Assembly (NCBI RefSeq): GCF_000016745.1
Contig: NC_009483.1
Coordinates: 810,001 to 842,000 of the forward strand
Source of the DNA: Geotalea uraniireducens Rf4
GTDB taxonomy: Bacteria; Desulfobacterota; Desulfuromonadia; Geobacterales; Geobacteraceae
Direction: 5' to 3'
DNA length: 32,000 nucleotides
The notes beneath the pieces are model-generated. The model saw nothing but the letters and a program-made list of their open reading frames with translations, was not told the DNA's origin and did no database searches. A program made the translations under genes and the position numbers. This document shows positions 26,107 to 32,000 of the stretch, one piece after another. Position 1 is the stretch's first letter, and each line of letters opens with the position of its first letter.

Positions 26107-26586
26107 TCATCGAATCCCTGTTTTCTTGAGCATAATTCCAAGGAATTTATTGAGAGGATTCCCCCGCTCCAAAAAGGGAAGTACTGGCGCTTTCCTGTTG
26201 CCGAGCCGTTCCAGTTCCTTGACAATCTCCTGGTTCTTTTCAGTTCTCAGCCCCATGCGGAAAATTCTTATGGCATCTTTTTTCTGGCCTGCAAGGAGGT
26301 GAATGCGGCCGAGATATAAGAAGAGGACTGAATTTCGGGGATCATATTTGATCGCCTCTTTGCACAGGGATATTGCTTTGGGGAATTCTCTCTTTTCTTT
26401 TGCCAGACAAAAGGCAAGGTTCGAGAGGTAAACAGGGCGTCTTTCAATTCTGGCCGCTTTTTCAAAACAATTGAGAGCAGTCAGAGAGTCTCCGGTCCGG
26501 AGGGCCTCGACACCCGTGTTATAAAGAGTTTCGGCTTCTTTTGCGGCAATGTCGGCAGCGCCGCCCGTTTTGTTTGAGTTTGACAT
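26107..26586 (-). CDS. Small TPR-repeat protein (paralog B)
   Basis: 159 aa. It shares a conserved pattern with paralog A: CLAKE..., LC.EAI...P.NS, AI..FR.GL...KNQ.I..EL.R.G.R..PV...L.R...LNK..G..LKK.G. Confidence 0.7.
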   Translation of the reverse strand: MSNSNKTGGAADIAAKEAETLYNTGVEALRTGDSLTALNCFEKAARIERRPVYLSNLAFCLAKEKREFPKAISLCKEAIKYDPRNSVLFLYLGRIHLLAGQKKDAIRIFRMGLRTEKNQEIVKELERLGNRKAPVLPFLERGNPLNKFLGIMLKKTGIR

Positions 26587-26850
26587 TTCTTTTCCCGGTT
26601 TGTAAAATTAAAAAGTGTTTATGATCGATGAGGGCGAATCCATATATTGCCGAAGCTAATGATCTTTTTGCTGACAAATATACTCGATAGCATACACATA
26701 TTACAAGATTGAAAAATAATAAAGCCATCATGAGCTGTTCGGTCGTGGCGATGATCGTCTACAATACTACTGTGAGTGGTTTTTGTCGACAAAGTGGAAC
26801 TGGCGTGGTCAGGGTTGAAAAAAAAAGAAAATTATGCTCTAATCGCGCAA

Positions 26851-27339
26851 GTGGAAGCTTCAGTTTACATAGCTCTTGGGTCAAATGAGGGGGACCGGGA
26901 ACTTCACCTCCTGCGCGCCATTGCAGAAATCGGCAAGCTTTCTCAGACAAAGATAACAGCACTTTCATCTTTTTACGATACCGAGCCGGTCGGAGGGGTG
27001 CCGCAGGCCAATTTCCTCAATGGGGCGGTAATGCTTGCAACAACGCTTACCCCGCACCAGCTTCTTGCAGAACTCCATCGTATCGAAACGGATATATTCT
27101 ACAGAAAAAGGGAGGTTCCATGGGGACCTCGCCCAATTGATCTGGACATTCTCTTTTTTGATGACAATGTTACCACAGATGAGGCGCTTGTCATCCCGCA
27201 CCCCCGTCTCCACCTGCGACGTTTTGTCTTGCAGCCGCTTGCCGATATAGCTCCGGATTTCGTTCATCCCCTGTTGCAGAGAAGTGTTGCCGACCTGTTG
27301 GCTTCTCTGGATTCGCCGGAACGGGTCGTTAAGGTTTAG
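26851..27339 (+). CDS. folK: 2-amino-4-hydroxy-6-hydroxymethyldihydropteridine diphosphokinase (HPPK)
   Basis: VYIALGSNEGDR...LSSFYDTEPVG...QANFLNGAV...WGPRPIDLDILFFD...LVIPHPRLHLRRFVLQPL are the HPPK signatures. The start is uncertain. I chose the GTG at 26851 for a normal HPPK length, but the open frame extends to 26776. Confidence 0.8.
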   Translation: MEASVYIALGSNEGDRELHLLRAIAEIGKLSQTKITALSSFYDTEPVGGVPQANFLNGAVMLATTLTPHQLLAELHRIETDIFYRKREVPWGPRPIDLDILFFDDNVTTDEALVIPHPRLHLRRFVLQPLADIAPDFVHPLLQRSVADLLASLDSPERVVKV

Positions 27340-27424
27340 TCCCATAGAAAAATTATTTGCATGTTTTTTGCGAAGAATTTTTCGTGAATGGACTTATCCC
27401 GTTCATCGGGGTTAGGAGGTTTAT

Positions 27425-27664
27425 GTGGCCAGGCTGCTGGTGATGATTATTGTCGGCTACGTTTTGTATCTGATGTTCAAGGGGCGTCCCGGTGCAAAAG
27501 AATTCCCAAAAGACGCCATGCCCGACGATGAAACGTTTAAGGATCCGGTGTGCGGCGTTTATGTTACAAAGGATGACGCAGTGATCGGCACCATGGACGG
27601 GGAAAAGTTCCACTTTTGTTCCATGGCCTGTTTGGAAAAGTTCCGCGAACAGTTGGAAAAATAA
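27425..27664 (+). CDS. Small membrane-anchored YHS/TRASH-domain protein (putative metal binding)
   Basis: An N-terminal TM helix (LLVMIIVGYVLYLMF) followed by DPVCGVYVTKDDAVIGTMDGEKFHFCSMACLEKF, the YHS/TRASH cysteine pattern. The GTG start has GGAGG 6 nt upstream. Confidence 0.6.
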   Translation: MARLLVMIIVGYVLYLMFKGRPGAKEFPKDAMPDDETFKDPVCGVYVTKDDAVIGTMDGEKFHFCSMACLEKFREQLEK

Positions 27665-27691
27665 CGCATATAACCACCATCGGAGGAGACA

Positions 27692-28336
27692 ATGAAGTTT
27701 TTTATCGACACAGCAGACGTGAAAGAAATCCGCGAAGCCCACGAGTTGGGGGTGGTGGATGGTGTGACGACCAATCCATCGCTTATCGCCAAATCGGGCC
27801 GCAAGTTTGCCGATGTTATCAAGGAAATAACCAGCATTGTTGACGGTCCCATTTCCGCCGAGGTGGTCGCCCTCGACCACGACGGGATGATCAAGGAAGC
27901 GGAAGAACTTGTCAAAATTCACCCGAACATCGTCATCAAGCTTCCCATGACCACCGAAGGGTTGAAAGCGACCAAAACCCTCCATGGGGAAGGGATCAAG
28001 ACCAACGTCACCCTCATCTTCTCTCCCATGCAGGCGCTTTTGGCAGCAAAGGCAGGCGCCAGCTATGTTTCTCCTTTTGTCGGCCGCCTCGATGACATCT
28101 CACAGGACGGCATGGGGATTGTCGAGGAGATCCGCACCATTTTCGATAATTACGGCTATACTACGGAAATTATTGTCGCCAGTGTCAGGAACCCGGTGCA
28201 TGTGCTCAACTCGGCTTTGATCGGCGCCGATGTTGCCACCATCCCTTATTCGGTCATCATGCAGCTCGCCAAGCATCCCCTGACCGATGCCGGCATCAAG
28301 AAATTCCTCGAAGACTGGGAAAAGGTGCCGAAATAG
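27692..28336 (+). CDS. tal: Transaldolase type 3B / fructose-6-phosphate aldolase family
   Basis: [36 protein letters not shown]...[11 protein letters not shown]...TNVTLIFS...[13 protein letters not shown] are short-transaldolase signatures. Confidence 0.9.
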   Translation: MKFFIDTADVKEIREAHELGVVDGVTTNPSLIAKSGRKFADVIKEITSIVDGPISAEVVALDHDGMIKEAEELVKIHPNIVIKLPMTTEGLKATKTLHGEGIKTNVTLIFSPMQALLAAKAGASYVSPFVGRLDDISQDGMGIVEEIRTIFDNYGYTTEIIVASVRNPVHVLNSALIGADVATIPYSVIMQLAKHPLTDAGIKKFLEDWEKVPK

Positions 28337-28379
28337 GGGCCTTGACCACCTATTGCCACCAACAATGTACGAATAAATC

Positions 28380-28409
28380 TTGACATTAGCATCGGCTTTA
28401 GGGTAAAAG
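28380..28409 (+). promoter_or_regulatory. Candidate sigma70-type promoter for the riboswitch/cytochrome transcript
   Basis: TTGACA (28380-28385), 18 nt, TAAAAG (28404-28409), about 30 nt upstream of the first aptamer. This is pattern match only. Confidence 0.35.
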
Positions 28410-28437
28410 TTCCCATCGCATCAATAAAGCATTGCTT

Positions 28438-28553
28438 GGCGGTAGACGATAATACTAAACCATTCGCGAGAATGGGGCGGAAAGCCTAATGGGTCTCGAA
28501 GAGACAGCCGGGTTGCCGAAATATCCCTCAGATATTCGGCCCCGGCTTTTTTT
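28438..28553 (+). promoter_or_regulatory. GEMM-I (cyclic-dinucleotide) riboswitch unit 1: aptamer plus intrinsic terminator
   Basis: The aptamer reads ...ACUAAACC-AUUC-GCGA-GAAU-GGGGCGGAAAGCC-uaau-GGGUCUCgaaGAGACagCC-GGGUUGCCG. It matches the GEMM-I core as I recall it from Vc2 (GCAAACCAUUCGAAAGAGUGGGACGCAAAGCC...GGGGUUACCG). A terminator follows: GCCGGGuuGCCGAAauAUC-ccuca-GAUAUUCGGCcCCGGC-U7. Its 5' arm overlaps the 3' strand of the aptamer. Confidence 0.8.
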
Positions 28554-28665
28554 ATTGCAAAAATCACAGGGAGGTCATAGACGCAGCAGGTGCGGTAAAG
28601 CTCACTGGAGCTGACAATGAATACCGGTTCGCATCATGATGCCGTTGAATCGGTACGAACAGTCA

Positions 28666-28780
28666 GGCGGTAGACGATAATACTAAACCATTCGTGAGAA
28701 TGGGGCGGAAAGCCTATAGGGTCTCGAAGAGACAGCCGGGTTGCCGAAATATCCCTCAGATATCCGGCCCCGGCTTTTTT
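28666..28780 (+). promoter_or_regulatory. GEMM-I (cyclic-dinucleotide) riboswitch unit 2: aptamer plus intrinsic terminator
   Basis: A copy of unit 1, offset by 228 nt, with 4 substitutions and one fewer T in the U-tract. The tetraloop change GCGA to GUGA keeps a GNRA loop. Confidence 0.8.
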
Positions 28781-28932
28781 GTATTCAAAGCGGTACGAAT
28801 TCCGGGGCAGTAAAGGGGGTGATAAGGAAATAATAAAGCTTGACGACGAATTAGAGAGGAAGGATTCATGCAAATCCACATTCCATCAACATGTATTGGC
28901 AGAGCAAGAGAAGCTAACAAGACGGAGGAATT

Positions 28933-30594
28933 ATGATACGAAAAAATATATTATTATCGGTGCTTGCACTTATGTTGGCACTTTCCCTGGCTGGTTGCGG
29001 CGGCGGCACTACCGCGGCAGGTAACGGTACAGGCATCATGGGGGTCAGCAAAGGGGTCATTACCGAGGTTGGCGATGCATCAGTCACCGGAGTAAAGGCC
29101 ACCGTCGGCGGCACCATTCGCGTCAGCGGCATCGAGTTCGAGACCAGCGGCGCCAGAATCGTCATGAATCATGATATTCGTGGGGAAAATGAGCTCAAGC
29201 GCGGCATGGTGGTCAAGGTAAAGGGCGCCATCAATGATGAGAGAAAGAGCGGGGTCGCAACAGAAATCGAGTTTGAAGACGATCTCAAAGGGCCGATTGC
29301 GAGCATTGACCGGGCAGGCAAGAAACTCGTCGTACTCGGTCAGACGGTTACCGTTGACGATGCAACGGTGTTCGACGGCGCCACTGACCTGAGCACGCTC
29401 AAGGAGAACGATGTGGTTGAAGTCAGCGGTCTGCCCGCTGCAGACGGCACCCTGCTGGCAACGCGCATCGAGAAAAAAGGGGTCTTTGTTCCGGGGAGCG
29501 TGGTGGAACTCACGGGGGTTGTCAGCACTGTCAACGGTCAAGACTTTACCATCGGCGGCCTGACGGTGACCAGCAACCTGCCGCAGCCGACGGGCTTTGC
29601 CGTTGGGGTACTCGTTGAGGTGCATGGGATACTTGCCAATGCAGCCGGGCCTCTGAGCGCAACCGAAGTGGAAGTGAAGGCGGATGAGCTGGATGCGGAA
29701 GAGGGGCATCTTGTCCATCTGGAGGGGATCGTTACAAACTTCTTGGCGCCGGCAACCTTTAATGTGAGCGGCATGACGGTCAATGCCCAAGGGGTTGACG
29801 TTACCGGTGTCGCCAACAATGTTAAAGTCCGGGTGGAAGGGACGGTCGTCAATGGTATCCTGATCGCAAAAAGTGCTACAGTTGTCAAGGTGATTACGCC
29901 GGTCCCAGCGCCTTCTCCCGTGCCGGTCCCCACACCCCTTAACGGCGCTGCTCTCTATAACGCCAACTGTGCATCGTGTCATCAGGCCCTGTCCGTTTCG
30001 AGCAAGAAAGGGGCAACAGCGGCACGTATCCAGGCGGCGATTACTAATAAAGTCGGCGGCATGGGGGCACTCTCATCTCTGACCGCTGCCCAGGTTCAGT
30101 CCATAGCCGATGTCCTGGCGCCTGCTCCCGCGCCTGTACCGACTCCTGCACCAATAGACGGAGCGGCTCTCTACGCGGCAAACTGCGCCGGATGTCACGG
30201 CATCCTGGCCAATTCCGCGAAAAAAGGTGTAACTGCCGCCGCAATCCAGGTCCGCATGGCGAACCCTCCCTATGCGACACGCAGTTTGAGCGCTGCGGAG
30301 GTGCAGGCCGTTGCCGCCGTGTTGGCTGTGACCCCGACTCCGACGCCGACGCCGACGCCCGCACCCGTGCCCGCACCCGTGCCTGCACCGCTGCCTGGTA
30401 AAGCCGTTTATGATGGCTTCTGCGCCGGATGCCATTCCCTGGGTAGCTATGACGCCGCCGGCTCGCCAAATCTTTCCAGCAAGGGCGCGCTGGTCAACGG
30501 CAAGTTTCCGACAGCCGGGGTTGCCGGGCATAAGGGCATAACCCTCTCGGTCACGCAGAGAACGGATGTGTCGGCTTTTCTCAATGCTAACTAG
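28933..30594 (+). CDS. pgcA: Triheme c-type cytochrome lipoprotein with Pro/Thr/Ala-rich linkers (PgcA-like)
   Basis: Lipobox LALSLAGC/GGG. The N-terminal region of about 300 aa consists of repeated small beta-modules (VVKVKG..., VVEVSG...LLATRIEKK, VLVEVHG..., VKVRVEG...). Three CXXCH motifs are present: CASCH at 29968-29982, CAGCH at 30184-30198 and CAGCH at 30421-30435. They are separated by PVPAPSPVPVPTP, APAPAPVPTPAP and TPTPTPTPTPAPVPAPVPAP linkers. A cyclic-dinucleotide riboswitch lies upstream, as reported for G. sulfurreducens pgcA. Orthology is inferred, not tested. Confidence 0.75.
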   Translation: MIRKNILLSVLALMLALSLAGCGGGTTAAGNGTGIMGVSKGVITEVGDASVTGVKATVGGTIRVSGIEFETSGARIVMNHDIRGENELKRGMVVKVKGAINDERKSGVATEIEFEDDLKGPIASIDRAGKKLVVLGQTVTVDDATVFDGATDLSTLKENDVVEVSGLPAADGTLLATRIEKKGVFVPGSVVELTGVVSTVNGQDFTIGGLTVTSNLPQPTGFAVGVLVEVHGILANAAGPLSATEVEVKADELDAEEGHLVHLEGIVTNFLAPATFNVSGMTVNAQGVDVTGVANNVKVRVEGTVVNGILIAKSATVVKVITPVPAPSPVPVPTPLNGAALYNANCASCHQALSVSSKKGATAARIQAAITNKVGGMGALSSLTAAQVQSIADVLAPAPAPVPTPAPIDGAALYAANCAGCHGILANSAKKGVTAAAIQVRMANPPYATRSLSAAEVQAVAAVLAVTPTPTPTPTPAPVPAPVPAPLPGKAVYDGFCAGCHSLGSYDAAGSPNLSSKGALVNGKFPTAGVAGHKGITLSVTQRTDVSAFLNAN

Positions 30595-30654
30595 TTTCCA
30601 TCCGGGCCCCGGATGAGAACCTAACTAAAACCCGCAATTTCTGGTCGTATCAAG

Positions 30655-30688
30655 AAAAACGGGCCTGCATCAAGCAGGCCCGTTTTTC
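30655..30688. terminator. Bidirectional intrinsic terminator between the convergent cytochrome and dedA genes
   Basis: AAAAACGGGCCTGCatcaaGCAGGCCCGTTTTT is a 9-bp GC-rich stem flanked by A5 and T5. Confidence 0.8.
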
Positions 30689-30796
30689 TTATGTGCATCG
30701 AATGAAAATTTGTCGGAAGGCAAATGCGCCGTTACCTTGACAAAATCAGGCCCGGCAAGTAATACTAGGGAACGGTTCGGATGAATATCTGCGGCA

Positions 30797-31429
30797 TCAG
30801 ACGATGCGATCCGGCAAGGTTTTTTGATGCTTGGTACTTTTATTCCGTTGCAGCTTTACATAGACCGCGATCAGCAGTGCGCTGAAAACGACCACTCCGA
30901 TCAGCGCCTTGTGGGAGTAACGCATGATCAACTCCTGGTTCTGGCCGATAAAATAACCGATCCAGGTCAGTACGCTTACCCAGATTCCCGCGCCGAGGAG
31001 GGTATAGAGGGCGAACTTGACGTGGTTCATTCCTGCGAGCCCGGCTGGCAGGGAGATGAGGTGGCGCACCACCGGCAGGAGGCGGCCGATAAAGGTGGAT
31101 ATCTCGCCGTGGCGGAGAAAGAAGCCTTCGACTTTGGCAAACTTTTCCTCGGTTATCCAGACGTATTTGCCGTATTTCAGCAGCAACGGCCGTCCCAGGT
31201 AGTGGGCGGCGAAGTAGTTGGCGTAAGCCCCTATCAGGCTCCCCATGGTGCCGCAGAGGATGGCGATGAATGCGTTCATCTCCCCCCGCTGAGCCAGGTA
31301 GCCGGCCGGCGGCATGACCAGTTCGCTCGGGATGGGGATGACCGAACTTTCCATGGCCATGAGCAGGAAGATGCCGGGATAGCCCATTGCCTTCATGGTG
31401 ATCAAGAGCCAGTTTATCGCTTCATGCAT
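30797..31429 (-). CDS. dedA: DedA/SNARE-associated family inner-membrane protein
   Basis: GYPGIFLLMAMESSVIPIPSELVMPPAGYLA...FIGRLLPVVRHLISLPAG is the DedA signature. The ATG at 31429 has AAGGAG 8 nt upstream. The track start at 31465 is over-extended. Confidence 0.85.
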   Translation of the reverse strand: MHEAINWLLITMKAMGYPGIFLLMAMESSVIPIPSELVMPPAGYLAQRGEMNAFIAILCGTMGSLIGAYANYFAAHYLGRPLLLKYGKYVWITEEKFAKVEGFFLRHGEISTFIGRLLPVVRHLISLPAGLAGMNHVKFALYTLLGAGIWVSVLTWIGYFIGQNQELIMRYSHKALIGVVVFSALLIAVYVKLQRNKSTKHQKTLPDRIV

Positions 31430-31533
31430 TGTGTAGACTCCTTTGACAATTTCTATTAGCGGCATTTTATACAGTTTGGAAGAAAAAAACCAGCAAAACC
31501 GAAGTGGAAAAATGATGGCATGAGAGGAACAGA

Positions 31534-32000
31534 GTGAATTTTTCAGACAGATTGAGGCATGAAGTTCTGGTAGGGGACGGCGCCATCGGCACGATGCTCT
31601 ATGCCAAAGGGGTCAGCCTCGATGCCAATTTCGAGCACCTCAACCTGGTCCGGCCGGAGCTGGTGCTGGGTCTGCATCAAGAATACGTGGCCGCCGGGGC
31701 GCAGGTGATCGAAACCAATACCTTTGGCGCCAACTATCCGAAGCTTCATGCCATAGGACTAGGCAACAAGGTTCATGACATCAACCTGAAAGGGGCGCTT
31801 CTCGCCCGCCGGGCTGCGGAAGGACGTGACGCGTTCGTGGCCGGTTCGATCGGACCTCTGGTAAAGCTCAAGGGGGAAGAAAGAGACCTCGGCGAGAGGG
31901 AGATGCTCGAAATCTTCCGCGCCCAGGTCACGGCGCTGACGGAAGGCGGGGTAGACCTGTTCATCCTTGAAACCTTTTCCGACCTGAGGCAGATTGAAAT
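31534..32000 (+). CDS. Homocysteine S-methyltransferase-domain protein, 5' part (MetH N-terminus, or bifunctional homocysteine methyltransferase/MTHFR); continues beyond the window
   Basis: Absent from the ORF track because it has no stop inside the window. My hand translation from the GTG at 31534 (GAGAGG RBS) reads VNFSDRLRHEVLVGDGAIGTMLYAKGVSLDANFEHLNLVRPELVLGLHQEYVAAGAQVIETNTFGAN...FVAGSIGP...GVDLFILETFSDL. This is the canonical S-methyl_trans domain pattern. Confidence 0.8.
   Translation, partial: MNFSDRLRHEVLVGDGAIGTMLYAKGVSLDANFEHLNLVRPELVLGLHQEYVAAGAQVIETNTFGANYPKLHAIGLGNKVHDINLKGALLARRAAEGRDAFVAGSIGPLVKLKGEERDLGEREMLEIFRAQVTALTEGGVDLFILETFSDLRQIE

Noticed and set aside
28617-28673. 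An 18-codon ORF (MNTGSHHDAVESVRTVRR) between the two riboswitch units, with a GGAG 6 nt upstream.
   Set aside because: It is very short and lies downstream of the unit 1 terminator. Its stop falling in the first bases of aptamer 2 is most likely coincidence. No supporting feature is visible.
28438-28780. Two repeats of about 115 nt that might suggest a mini CRISPR array or REP elements.
   Set aside because: There are only two copies, they are far longer than CRISPR repeats, and each folds into the GEMM-I aptamer plus terminator. They are explained as tandem riboswitches.
30737-30765. A near-consensus promoter-like motif, TTGACA-17 nt-TAATAC, on the plus strand. It points into the 3' end of dedA and could drive an antisense RNA.
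   Set aside because: One or two such matches are expected by chance in 64 kb of two-strand sequence. There is no downstream plus-strand gene, terminator or structured RNA to support it.

Overview
The window looks like a chromosomal segment from a Geobacter-like deltaproteobacterium. That taxon call is an inference from gene content, not from a search.

Gene order, left to right:
- A minus-strand type II secretion operon, gspC-D-E-F-G plus a partial gspH-like pseudopilin that runs off the left edge.
- Futalosine-pathway genes mqnB and mqnD.
- A 914-aa membrane sensor with a periplasmic CXXCH heme domain and about five PAS domains, but no output domain.
- An RlpA-like lipoprotein and a large TPR lipoprotein with a polylysine tail.
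- hsp20-lon-thiL, with yjbQ convergent to thiL.
- A visibly AT-rich accessory island at about 18.9-24.9 kb. It holds a secreted protein built from a near-identical 2 x 603 bp tandem duplication, two decayed IS4/IS5-like transposase fragments, an intact ISL3 element with an 8-bp target-site duplication, a TylF-like methyltransferase and a family-3 acyltransferase.
- A small stand-alone Rossmann protein, a 125-bp palindromic element and two paralogous small TPR proteins.
- folK, a small YHS/TRASH protein and tal.
- Two tandem, about 97% identical GEMM-I (cyclic-dinucleotide) riboswitch-plus-terminator units in front of a PgcA-like triheme lipoprotein cytochrome.
- dedA and the 5' part of a homocysteine S-methyltransferase-domain gene that runs off the right edge.

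I saw no tRNA, rRNA or CRISPR array, and no clear novel multi-gene system such as a defence island. The best leads are the tandem riboswitch/cytochrome locus, the freshly duplicated lectin-like gene in the IS-rich island, the output-less heme/PAS sensor and the small TPR/Rossmann cluster.

All family assignments come from motif recognition by eye. No database search was possible.
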